DNA from: Octopus vulgaris
Lineage: Eukaryota
DNA length: 64,000 bases
Reading direction: 5' to 3'
NCBI GenBank assembly: GCA_951406725.2
Contig: OX597817.1
Span: 2,790,001-2,854,000, forward strand
This document shows, one piece after another, positions 39,099 through 52,470 of the stretch; position 1 is the stretch's first letter, and every line of letters starts with the position of its first letter. The position numbers and the translations under genes are program-made. The notes below the pieces were generated by a model that searched no databases, was not told the origin of the DNA, and was given only the letters and a program-made list of their open reading frames with translations.

Positions 39099-40503
39099 TG
39101 ATCACCTTCCTTGAAGAAAATGACTTGCTGCCTGACACCCAACATGGTTTCCGACCAGGAAGAAGCTGCTTAACTCAGCTCCTACAACACTATGACTGGG
39201 TGCTGAAACGACTACTCAACCACTCAAATGTGGAAGTGATATATCTCGACTTTGCAAAGGCCTTTGATAAAGTCGATCATGGAATGATATGTCACAAACT
39301 GCGTGATCTTAGCATAGTTGGAAAACTGGGAGAATGGCTTCATGACTTTCTGAAAGATAGAAGTCAGGTGGTAGTAGCCAATTAACACTTCCATTAACAC
39401 GCAACTAGTGAGCGGTGTTCCGCAGGGCACTGTTTTGGGACCACTACTGTTCATAATGGCCCTCTCAGACATACCCTCAGCCACGCAGAGAGCCACGATC
39501 ACAAGTTATGCAGATGATACAAAAGTTTCACAGGCAATACAGAACCCTGAGGACACTAAACGCCTGCAATGTGAGCTGGACAAAATATACAAGTGGGCTG
39601 AAAAGAATAGCATGCAGTTCAATGCTGAAAAGTTTCAAGCTTTATACTATCAACATGCAAAACTAAATGCAATACCCAATGAATACACTGGACCCGGAGG
39701 AATTGCAATCCCAGAGGCACAATCAGTGCGTGACCTGGGTATTTACATGAGTGATGACGCAACCTTTCGTGTACATATTGCTAAATTGGCAATGAAATGT
39801 AGACGACTGGCCGGATGGATTCTCAGAACCTTTAGAACAAGAGAACAAGAAACCATGATGGTCCTCTGGAGGACACTTGTCCTAAGCCACTTTGACTATT
39901 GCTCTCAGCTATGGTCACCATTCAGTGTCAAGTTGATCACAGAACTTGAGGCGATCCAACGTAGCTACACGAAGAAGATAGCCTCTGTGCAGAATATAAG
40001 CTACTGGGAAAGACTCAAGAGATTAAAACTCTATTCCTTGGAGCGTAGGCGAGAAAGACATTCCATAATATACATCTGGAAGATCCTGGAGGGACTTGTC
40101 CCAAACTTTGGCATCGAGAGTTACACAAATGCCAGAACTGGGCGCCACTGCGTGGTGCCTAGGACTCCAAATTTGCCATCAAGATGTAGGACAAGATACT
40201 GTGATAGCCTGGGCTTCCGAGGCCCACAGCTCTTCAATATCCTCCCGAAGAACCTAAGAGACCTGCATGGGGTGGATGCAGATGTCTTTAAAATAAAACT
40301 GGATCTCTTCTTGTCAGGTATCCCAGATGAACCAACTTCACGGCAGGAGGTGCAGATGAGGGCAGCTGCATCGAACTCTCTCATGCACCAAATGGCAGTT
40401 GCTAAAAAGCATTCGTGAAGTAAAACCATGTAGCAACACCAAATGACGGTGCCCCAGCATGGCCACAGCTCGTGAGCTGAAACTAGAATCAATCAATCAA
40501 TCA
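39098..40503 (+). mobile_element. 5'-truncated CR1/L2-group LINE: RT domain, C-terminus, 3' UTR and (AATC)n tail
   Basis: QHGFRPGRSCLTQLL, IYLDFAKAFDKVDH, SGVPQGTVLGPLLF, YADDTK, RDLG and LERRRER. One disruption near 39385, then an open 336-aa frame at 39408-40418. Inserted in a TA/TACA repeat. Confidence 0.93.
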
Positions 40504-40514
40504 TATATATATAT

Positions 40515-40772
40515 ATTTCTTTACTACCCATAAGGGGCTAAACATAGAGGGGACAAACAAAGGGATTAAGTCTATTACATCGACCCCAGTGCGAAACTGG
40601 TACTTTATTTATCGACCCCGAAAGGGATGAAAGGCAAAGTCGAATTTGAACTCAGAACGTAACGACTTCAAATTCCGCCGAGGTCGACTTTGCCTTTCAT
40701 CCCTTTCGGGGTCGATAAATAAAGTACCAGTTTCGCACTGGGGTCGATGTAATAGACTTAATCCCTTTGTTT
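40515..40772. mobile_element. SINE family B fold-back (minus copy plus inverted duplicate)
   Basis: 40555-40643 and 40684-40772 are exact 89-bp reverse complements. Confidence 0.92.
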
Positions 40773-41235
40773 AGGTGATGTACAGGTATTATATATTAGA
40801 TGAAATAAGGTACTCAGAAATCTGGATGGTTTTACATTTACAGATTTTTATTAATATGTCACATGTTATAAAAACGTGTGATATTAATAAAAATATTGAT
40901 ATACTCAACATCAGGAATATTGTTTGCGTATATTTGTTATTAGACACACATTACTATGGCTGGCGTTTGTTTATTGCTTTGGTAATGACGGGATATTGCA
41001 TTAAAAGTAGGAATGTGATGATATCTCGGGGAAGCTCTGAAACAAATGACACAAGAATGCGACGTAAACGATATTTTTAGTTGCGTCTTTGAAGTTTTAA
41101 GAGTTTTCCTCGTCTGCTGCGTTAAAAAGATATTTAAAAACCTATTTCATGTCCTGGGGACATAATCTTTGAAATGCGATGAAATGCAATTAGCCACGAC
41201 TGTAAGATTGTCCTCTCTTGCTGCTGACATTAGCA

Positions 41236-41313
<78 letters not shown>

Positions 41314-42277
41314 TGTGTATGTGTGTGTGAATGCGTGTGTGTGAGGACGAATCTGGTGAACACTACAGAAGAAACCTTAGTCAAAAGTGCGCATGGCAGT
41401 TGCAGTCACGCATTGTGGAGTGCAGAGATGAGGCAAGTACCATATTTTTAGTCATCCACTGCATTAATTTCAATCCCCCAAAATCTTAACCCGGTCTTGC
41501 AATTGGATTCAAGATGGTCACGGAGGAGAGAGTGAGGTTAATAGTAAGCAATGTTTCTACACATTAAATGAAATCACCCCTCAAGTAATCAAACCTTAAG
41601 CTTGACAAGTTGAGCCTCGTCGCTCTGGCGGATGAATATGTACAGATATATGCATGAACGTTTGTATGTATTTATGTATGCATGTATGTATGTATGTATG
41701 TATGTATGGATGGATGGATGGATGGATGGATGGATGGATGGATGGAAGGATGTCATGGTTCAGTTTTATTTCAAGATTTTTTGCCAATAGAGAAAGAGCC
41801 GGTTTCTAACCTATATTCAAGGCTCCTTCATTGGAACTTCAACATCAGCAACAGGGCATTTTTGTATGTATGTATGTATGTATGTATGTATGTATGTATG
41901 TATGTATGTATGTATGTATGTATGTATGTATGTATATTAAATACGAGTATGTGGTTAAGTGCAGGCTAATATACTTAATGTAGTGTGCCCAAAAGAAATT
42001 TTAATCTGAAACGACACTTGAAACCAATAGAAAGTAATTAATAATAAAGATTCTTGTAAAGAAAAACAAGAGAGACAACTCCGAAATTTGAATTGGTTAA
42101 AAATTAATCAGGCATAAGAAAAGTTCAGCATATCTATGTTTTAGTAGGACTATTGGCATTTCCGAACTTCGGTTTTATTAGACCTCCTTAGCGAAGTGTA
42201 TTGAACTCAGTAGATTTTTCAGGCGATATAGTTTTCGTTAGAAAAATTATTTACAGATCAGGCACTTTATAATAATT

Positions 42278-42702
42278 ATTTCAAATTTTTGCACGAGGTC
42301 AGCAATTTTTATGGGTGGGTGTTAGTCGATTTCATCGACCCCAATATTCAATTGGTATTTATTTTATCGACATCGAAATGATAAAAGGCGAAGTCAATCA
42401 CAGCGGAATTTGAACTCAGAACGTAAAGAATCGTATCAAATGCCATTTAGTTTTATATTTTGTTCGAAGCGCTAACGCTTCTTGCTGGCAATTTATAATG
42501 ATTCTTGGCCCAAAATTTTGGTGGGAGGGAACAAGTTGGTTTGCATCATCCCCAGTACTCAACTGGTACTTACTTTATCAGACTCGAAAGAATGAAAAGC
42601 AAAATCGACCACGGTAGTATTCGAACTCGAAACGTTAAGCCGGAAGAAACCCTGTTAGACCTTTTTGTCTGGCGCAGAAATGATCCTGCCAGCTCACTTC
42701 CT
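42278..42702 (-). mobile_element. Two tandem diverged SINE family B copies
   Basis: catcgaccccaat...ggaatttgaactcagaacgtaaag at 42280-42490 and a second similar copy at 42505-42700. Confidence 0.75.
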
Positions 42703-44090
42703 TTCAGCAATTTCCTCTAAATTTCCAAGTGATGCTTAGAAAATTTATTTGATTTTTTTCTTTATACCAATGTTTCTTACAAAATACCTCCGTTCAATGT
42801 AAATGCTTTGAGTCTTACACATCTGAAAAACCTTCTGTCTTTGTTGCAATTAATATTCCATGTAAGGATGAATTTTGTCTATAGAAAGATTTGAATTCAA
42901 TATCCCAAGTGGACGAATCAAATATATATTCATACAAAACATACAGAACAATCAAATAAAGCTAATGTCTCTCCAAGCAGTGAGCTGTCGTCCACGTGTC
43001 ACTCGTTCACAGCTAGTTCAATCGAAAGTGTAACGCATTTGCCAGTGACATTTTAAAGTGCTGGTGACTCAAAGAGTGACTCAGCTGGATGCAACGCTTA
43101 ATCGATCATTTGATCTTTATATTGATTCATTAATTCCAGACATTTTAGTGCGTTTATATCAATAATGTCGTTGAGAAAATCATTATCACATTTCGCTGTT
43201 TTCTTTATCTCGAACATGTAAGTAACCAATGTTGATGACATTGTTGTTGTTGTTGGTGGTGTTGTTGTTACTGTTGTTTGTTGTTGTTTGTTGTTGTTGC
43301 TGATGATGTATTTGTCCATTAACAACTGAAAGGTCAATTTCAAAGAGTAAAATGAACGATTAATTGCAAGAGCACAGATATCCTAAGCTGGTGGCATTCA
43401 ACGTTCAAAATGAATGACTTCGATTGAATTCGCTTTGTGAAAACTAAATATACGACCGGCAACTCTTGTGTGAATTACAAAAAAAAAAAAAAAAAAAAAA
43501 AAAAACAGAAAAAAAAAGCGAGAGAGACTTTCGCATTGGAAGAGATTCGTGATAGACACATATTTTACTAAATTTATGACAAACTTGCAAGATGGAATTA
43601 TAGATTTGAGGAAGCTGCTGGCTTCACCTGGATTACCAATAGAGAACATAGGTAGGCCTGTGCTGAGTACAAACCATCCCTTAAGTAATGGACTGCCATC
43701 AATGAGAAAGAGAAAATAATCTTGAAGTGAAGGAAAAAATATAAATCTTATAACCGACACTTTTCCTTATTCAGTCACTGGATCGTTTCGCTGTTTTAGT
43801 TTCCAACATTTTGATTAATTTATTTTCATTTCTTATTGCTTACGCTTTGCTCATTTGCCTGTCACCCTTCAAAGCACACGGCCAGAGTCACAAATATATA
43901 CGATATACGATATACACACAAACACTCACATAGCTCTCACGTTCTCATTCCTTCACCTATTAATTCCTTTTCTATTTCAATAGTTTTCAATTTGCTCTGT
44001 ATTTCTTTTGTAATCTATCTATCTAACTACTAGCCTCTCTGTCTGTCTCTTTCTCTTCTCTCTTTCTTCTCTCTCTCTCTCTCTCTCTCG

Positions 44091-44144
<54 letters not shown>

Positions 44145-45206
44145 GTATGTATGCTTGTGTCTCTATGTTTCTGTATCCGTCTGTATGTGTACAGATAAGT
44201 GTATCAACGAAAAACGGCGTAGTGGTTAAATTTTCGCATCGAATTTTGGACTCATTTCTGCATTACTAAAATTTTCACAGGTACACTTGTCATATTTCTC
44301 GATTGTAACAGTACTGAGTAAGTAGGTAACCACTTGAAGAATAATTAAAACTCGTGTTCATTGGTTTGTGTTACGTAGTGGAACCTATAATTCAGTGATG
44401 GTTAGTTGTTAATATATCGCGGCCGGCTGCTGGATTCAAAATACTTGCAAATGTCGAAATTATTTCACCTAATTCTGCCTTTCAGTGCAGCATTCTACAA
44501 GGTAACTCTCGCACGACCGTATGACACCTAGAATAATTATACGGGCCTTACATAAAAATTTAAAAAAACAACTTTTGTGACGCTATCAAACATTTTCATA
44601 AGAAATGAAAGCTGAACATCTCCCACACATCTATAAATGCAAGGCTAATGCCGTTAAGACTTAAGGAGAAATCTTCAGCATCAGCAAAATATGGACGTAT
44701 TTGTACCTAAAAGGGTTGAACTGGCATATTTCTGGGAACTAAAATCTCAAAATTCAGAGAAACCACCCAGAATATATGCAGTTTATTCATGGATATACGT
44801 CTCGCAAGTTAGAAAATGACAATAATTTAGAGAAGCTAAGCATTCCTGAACTTGCGATAAACATATTATATTTCATCTAGAAAGATACTTTTTTACTTTT
44901 CAGGAATAGGAAATTATAATTAATTATTTGATAAACTGAAAAGATATACATGATTATAAGTCACCGAGATAAGAGAAAACATAGTTATTGTGTACCAACG
45001 CAGACGATATTATCTGTAGCTTATCACAATCTTGAGCTGTCTTTTCTTCTGCCTACAGGAAATTGATTATTTCTTGAATTGGTACACGTTACGTAAAAAG
45101 AATGACAAAGTACAACATACTGTATCATATGTCTGTACATTCGATAACATGTTTATTTTATATTTTTTTAACGCAGCTCATGTATTCATTCATATTTTTC
45201 TTTCTT

Positions 45207-45685
<479 letters not shown>

Positions 45686-46349
45686 TAAATACATATATAC
45701 GAATTCATGCAGACGTCTATAGCATTCTCGACTTTTCTGAAGAATACCTTGGTGAAAACAATGCAGAATGCTAATTGAAGAGATTTCCACTGTAACAACA
45801 ACAAAAAGATGAAAGCATCCTTTAAAGTACCCGTGAAACCTTCCAAAAATCCATATGTCATAAACCAAGCAGATGAAATAAGGTTTTATAGAGCATAGAT
45901 CAATGGATATGCACTGCTGTGGAATTTCATCTGCAAAGAAGAGACTAAAAGTATCTGTCATATTAAACTGTTATTATCTACGCGGTATAAACACTTCAGA
46001 CAGGATAACGATGTTTTATAGTCAGTGATCTTGTAACGTTAAGGGAACGTCGTTACTCAGAAGACACACATTTCGTCCTAAGTTACAGACACCAAACTTA
46101 AATTAATACAGAACATAAACATAAAGTGATTTCATTATGGATTCTCATTCATAACTACAGTGAACATTTTAACAGTTTAAGCGAAAGGTTAATGGCATCA
46201 ATTTCACCGATCTCACAGCCCTTTCCTCCAGATTAAACTAATTGAGGGGAAAAGAATTACAAGTTTACGCAAGCATTAATTACGTAGTTAACTAAAAAGA
46301 ACATAGGAAATAAAGACCTACAAATACATACTCATACACTCACAAAATA

Positions 46350-46780
46350 TTGGTTTCAAATTTTGTCACATGGCCAACAAGTTCAAGGAAAGGGTTAGTC
46401 GATTACATCAACTGGTACTTATTTTATCGACCCCGAAAGGATGAAAAGCAAAATAGGCCTCGGAGGAATTCGAAATCAGAACGTAAAGACGGACGAAATG
46501 CCGCTAAGCATTTTGCCCAACGTGCAAACAATTTTCCCAGTTTGCGGCCTTGTTTCTAAGGAATAATATTGATTTCAAAGTTTGGCAGGAGACCAAGAAT
46601 TCTTTTTGGGGAGGGAGAAAAGTCGATTACATCGACCCCAGTGTTCAACTGGTACTTATTTTATCGATCCTAAAACGACAAAACTGACCTCGGCGGATTT
46701 GAACTCAGAATGTAAAGACTGACGAAATGGCGCTAAGCCTTTTTGCCGGCGTGCAAACGATTCTGTCAGTTGGCCGCCCT
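46350..46780 (-). mobile_element. Two tandem SINE family B copies
   Basis: 46350-46550 and 46570-46780 both carry ctggtactt-ttttatcga...tcagaa-gtaaagac-gacgaaatg-cgctaagc. Confidence 0.82.
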
Positions 46781-47528
46781 GTTTCTAAGAAATGATACTG
46801 AAACTTAGCACAATGTTATATTTTAAATACATCCCTCCACCAAAAAGAAATAGAAAAAAAAAACAATAAAAATAAAAACCTTTGTCATGATAAGAATATA
46901 AATAGGACAATATCAGAGTATGAATTCGGGTATTGTAGCAAGGTCCAGTATAATTTGTTTGTGCAAATTGCCATAACATTTTAATAGAGAGAGAAAATTA
47001 GTCCATGCAAATATATAGGAGGAGGAGGAGGAGGAGGAGACACATGCGAGAAACGATAGTACAGATAGCGTGAGGAAATTTGAATAATAATTACTGTACA
47101 AAATTAGCTTCTGCTTGACTAAAACAACCTTGCTCTCTGTCTCTCTCACTTTCATTCTTTCTTTCCTTCTCATTCTTTCCCCTTCTCTCTTTTTCTCTTT
47201 CTCCCTCCCTCTCACAAGTGATTTGAAGAGGGCGTTTGCAAAACGGTATTCATTGAAATTGGATGCTGTGCTGCAAAAGACCGAAAACCTCTGACCTAGG
47301 CTGACACAAACGTGTACAGTGGAAAAGTGTTAACGAAATTGTGGTGGTGCGAAAACATCTACACTTGTAGTTCTTTATACCATTATAGACATCATGATTA
47401 CGGCTATGCTGGAGCACTACTGTAATTGAGATGGAAAAAATGAGAAGTAGATGTGTGTATAACCATGTGTCAGATAAACAGACCCGTATACCTATAGACC
47501 TGTATGCTACGTAAACCAGTATATCTAT

Positions 47529-47577
<49 letters not shown>

Positions 47578-47795
47578 CTCTCGCATGCGCATTTATTCAT
47601 AGTTGTCTCATAGCACCGCTTGGCAACCGGTGATGATGTGTTTACATCTCCTAAACTTAGAGCATCAGCAAAAATGACCGATAGAATAAGTAACAGGCTT
47701 TTAAAAAATAAGTACCAGGGGGTCGATTCGTTCCACTAAAACCAAAGAAAGAATACACACACACACACACACACACACTCATACACACACACACA

Positions 47796-47993
47796 CGTGG
47801 GGGTGCTGAAAAGTTTCTGGCTTTCAGTAAAAGAAAATAAGTTAATTATGATTTTGTCCAACATGTTCTCCTCTCAGATTCACTCACTTATTGCAGCGGT
47901 CTTTCAGTTTTCCTAAGCCCTGAAAAGAACTCAGAAGGTTGGGTCTCCAACCAGGCCTTTCACGATACCCTTAAAGCCAGGAACTTTTCCGCA
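47796..47993. mobile_element. Mariner-like MITE
   Basis: Inverted ends tgctgaaaagtttctggcttt / aaagccaggaacttttccgca. The right terminus appears clipped. Confidence 0.6.
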
Positions 47994-48527
47994 TGAGATG
48001 TAATATTCTAGACATATCAAGTGAATCTGTAAATTCTGCACCCACGGCGACGAAATAAGACCGAAAGGTGAAAATCAATTCACCGGCAGCCATATTGTGT
48101 TCGTTTATGCGGTGGAAGTTCTTTCATTTTTTAGCTTTTACTTGTTTGGATCTTTGGCCATGCAGGGGCACTGTCTTGAAGGGGTTTAGCCGAATAAATA
48201 GGCTCCAGTGTTCAAACCACCACCGATTGTCAGGCAATTGTAGAAAACAAACTCAAATACAAGGACACGGACGTACATATACACGATACATTTCGGTAGT
48301 TTCTGTCTATTAGATTCACTAACATGGCATTAATCGGTCCACGGTTTTATTAGAAGATATGTGTAAAAGCCGCCGTGGAGTGGGACTGAACTGAACCCAA
48401 AATAAGATGGCTGCAATGCGAGTTTCTTAACTGTACAGTCATAACTGTGCTTATACATATATACATACTTACATTCATACATACATACAAATATGCATAC
48501 ACACACATGCATACATACATACATACA

Positions 48528-48695
48528 TTGGCTGTGTGATAAGAAGTTTGCATCCCAGCCACATGGTTTCAGGTTCAGTCTCAATGCGTGTCACCTTGAG
48601 CTAGTGTTTTTACTATAACCTCGGGCCGACCAAAGCTTTGGGAGTGGATTTGGTAAATGGATACTGAAAGTAGCACATCGTGTGTATATACATAC

Positions 48696-48764
<69 letters not shown>

Positions 48765-48922
48765 TACGAGAAGAAAATGGATGTAAATAACTAGGAGAAA
48801 CTCGTCATTTTCGTTGGCATGCCTTTGATTTAATTGATTAACAAATGTATATACATTTGTGTGTGTCTGTGTTTGCCCCCACTTATATCTATATCTTGTT
48901 GTACCACTACTCTCGCTCTCTT

Positions 48923-49009
<87 letters not shown>

Positions 49010-49270
49010 GTGTGTGTATGTGTGTGTGTGTATGTATGTATGTATGTATGTATGTATGTATGTGTGTATGTGTGTCTGCGTGTGCCTCCACTGACAACCG
49101 GCATTGGTGTGTCTGTGTAACTTAGTAGTTCGGCAAAAGAAACCAATAGAACAAGTATAGGGCTTACAAAAAATAAGTCCTGGGGGTCGATCTCTTCGAC
49201 TAAAACCCCCTTTTAGGGCAGTGCTCTAGCATGGTTGCAGTCAAATGAGTGAAACAAGTAGAAGAATAAA
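48528..49270 (+). mobile_element. SINE family A with greatly expanded central microsatellite region
   Basis: Head at 48528-48680 and tail at 49085-49270, separated by (TA)n, (CT)n and (TATG)n. Confidence 0.7.
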
Positions 49271-49319
49271 AGAAAGAAAGAATACATACATGCATATATA
49301 TAAATAAACACACACACAC

Positions 49320-49378
<59 letters not shown>

Positions 49379-49440
49379 GTTGTACTTCAGCACGACCCCA
49401 GATTTGGCTGAAACTAGTGAAAGAATAAAAGAACATATAT

Positions 49441-49473
<33 letters not shown>

Positions 49474-49688
49474 GGAGTGGCTGTGTGGTAAGTAGCTTGC
49501 TTACCAACCACATAGTTCCGGGTTCAGTCCCACTGCGTGGCACCTTCTACTATAGCCTCGGGCCGACCAAAGCCTTGTGACTGGATTTGGTAGACGGAAA
49601 CTGAAAGAAGCTTGTCGTATATATATGGTGCTATTAAGTTAGACATGGCCTGGGCCAATAATGGCCGAAACCTATCAAAGTATCAAAG

Positions 49689-49747
<59 letters not shown>

Positions 49748-49956
49748 TTGTGTCTGTGTTTGTCCCCCCAACAACGCTTGACAACCGATGGTGGTATGTT
49801 TACGTCCCCGTTACTTAGCGGTTCGGCAAAAGACACCGATAGAATAAGTACTAGGCTTACAAAGAATAAGTCATGGGGTCGATTTGCTCGACTAAAAGGC
49901 GGTGCTCCAGCATGGCCGCAGTCAAATGACTGAAACAAGTAAAAGAGTAAGAGAGT
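49474..49956 (+). mobile_element. SINE family A, full length
   Basis: Near-identical to 30112-30508. Has a short deletion after gtggcacc and ~60 bp of extra sequence within the central (TA)n. Confidence 0.92.
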
Positions 49957-50249
49957 ATGTATGTATATATATAAATGCGTTGAAAACTATTTAACTGCAA
50001 CTTATATATTTTTATAAATAATTATATAACCTGGAAGTAATTTGTTTTCTAATATAATGAATATACACTCAGGAGGAGGTCTTTTTATATATAGAGAAAG
50101 TCTGAAGCTTCCATGTTATGGGTTTTCTTCTTTTTTTTTAAGTAATGTTCATGCCAGATTTGTGGATCAGCGTGGTAGCATAGAACACACTACGTGAGAC
50201 TAGTAACCATTACATGCTACTGATATGTATTATAACCTATAGATAAGTA

Positions 50250-50289
50250 TAGGTGAACACAATGTGACTAAGCGGGAGGGAGGGAAAGG

Positions 50290-50320
<31 letters not shown>

Positions 50321-50808
50321 AGACTTAGAAGAATAAGAGAACGGGAGCTGATTGCAAAATGTGAGAGCAAATAAAAGAGGCAAGTGAATACAATGAGCGT
50401 GTTGGGAGTGTGCGTGTCTCTTGGGTGTGTTAGTGTTAGTGTGTGTGTGTGTGTGTGTGTGTGAGTGTGTGAGAGAGAGAGAGAGACGTAAAGGAGAGTA
50501 AGAGGACGGGAGCTGATTGCAAAATATGAGTTCAAACAAAAGAGGTAAGTACAAGTGAATACAATGAGTGTGTGAGGAATGTCCTCTGTGTGTGTGTGTG
50601 TGGCTCTGGGTGTATGAGTGTGTATGCGTGTTGGTGTGTGTGTGTGTCAGTGTGTGAAAGAGAGAGAGAGGAAGAGAGAGACGTAAAGGAGAGTAAGAGA
50701 AGGGGAGTTCAAATAAAAGAGGTAAGTGTATAAGTGAATACAATGAGCGTGTGAGGTGTGTGTCTGTGTGTATGAGTGAGTGTGAGAGAGAGCGAGAGAG
50801 AGATAGAG

Positions 50809-50851
<43 letters not shown>

Positions 50852-50875
50852 GAGCGAGAGTGTAAGAGAGTGGGA
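50250..50875. repeat. Compound tandem repeat: ~3 copies of an ~85-bp unique core separated by (TG)n(GA)n
   Basis: gagacgtaaaggagagtaagag...aaaagaggtaagt...gtgaatacaatgag near 50320, 50484 and 50678. Confidence 0.8.
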
Positions 50876-51214
50876 ATGTTTGCATGAGTATGACTGCAAA
50901 CAGAAGACAGACTACATGAATAATGTCTACGAGAACAATAACAACAATAACTTGTGTAACTAGTGTTCTAAATAGTGCATTTACTACTACTAGTGTTGCT
51001 GTTGTTGTTGTTACTGCTGCTGCTGCTACTGCTGCTGCTGCTGCTGCCACCGTTGTTCATTAAAAAGCAGAACAAGACTTGGACTAATCTACTCCTCAGT
51101 TTTTCACTCTCCACTTTCTACTTCTTGCCTTGATATTTTTTTAAATCGTTTCCGCTTGTTTTTACTCGTGTTTGTGTGTGTGTGTGTATATGTGTGCACG
51201 AGTGCGTGTGCATA

Positions 51215-51248
<34 letters not shown>

Positions 51249-52267
51249 CGCGTGTGTGTGTGTGTGTTCGCGTGTGTGTGTGGCCGAGACACGTTTAAAC
51301 TCCCTTGTGTGCAGGTTACTGCGTATGTACAAGTTACTGAGCATATATGTATGTATGTATGAATGTATGTATATGCTTGCGTATGTGATTGCATGTGAGA
51401 TGTGCTTGTGTGTGCGTGTCTATGTAAGAGTGCAGGCTTGTATGTGTGTGATACGAATGTGTATGTCTGTGCATGTGTATAGGTTTATAAGATCGTATTT
51501 GTTATCAGTATGTCTGCGCGTGCGTGCGACCCTTTGACTAGTTCTCCATGAGTGGTGGGTATATGTGCACGCGCACCAACGTGCGCCTGTGTGTGTGTGT
51601 GTGTGCGTGTGAGTGTAAGGGTGCTAACCTGAAAAGCAAACCTATTCTTGGTTAACAAAGAACTGAATATAGGTGTAATGAGAAAAGGAGGAGTGTAGGT
51701 GATAAACAAAAAGATTCTCATAGACCGGCAGAGTGAGTTAAGCAAGAGAAATAGAGAGGGACAGATAAAAGGAGAGAGAGGGAGGAGAGAGCGAAAGAAA
51801 CAGATTCGAGAAGAGGAGACAGCTTTAAATAATTAATTGCAGGTGCCACACATGCCAAATAATAAAAAGAATATATTTAAAATACAAAGGTATTATGATG
51901 TGTACAACGACAAGCCAAACTGAAAACTATTTTCGGAGGGAAAAACGAGGTGAAGAATCAGCAAAGTCTCTCTCACAAATACTAGTGTATGTTTATAAGA
52001 CGAACTTTTACGCAGGTTCGAGGTGAGACGTTTTAGATATTTTGGCGGTATGAGACCGGATAACCTCATTTTTTTATGTCGTTATATTGATTTCAAAACT
52101 TGACACAAAGCCAGCAGTGTTTGGGGAGAAAGAAAGCCGAGTACATTGAACCAAGTATTTAATTTACCGACCCCGAAAGGGTAAAAACAAAGTCGGCTTC
52201 GGCAGAATGCGTTAAAGACTTCGCCAATTCACCGCTTTATTTATGTCAGTTATATTGATTAATCTTA

Positions 52268-52470
52268 AGCGGCGAGCTGGTAGAACCGTTAGCACGCTGG
52301 ACGAAATGCTTACCAGTCGCCACGCTCTGAGTTCAAATTCCGCTGAGGTCGACTTCGCCTTTCATCTTTTCGGGGTCAATAAATTAAATATCAGTGAAAC
52401 ACTGGGGTCGATATAGTCGACAATCCCCCACCCCACAAAATCCAGGTCTTGTGCCTATAGCAGAAAGTAT
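52268..52470 (+). mobile_element. SINE family B, full length (further copies at 52090-52235 minus and 52585-52730 plus)
   Basis: gcggcgagctggtagaaccgttagc...gagttcaaattccgctgaggtcgac...ctggggtcga. Confidence 0.85.

Noticed and set aside
39408-40418. Host or domesticated reverse transcriptase gene
   Set aside because: It is 5'-truncated, disrupted near 39385, has no ATG start, and has a LINE 3' UTR with an (AATC)n tail.
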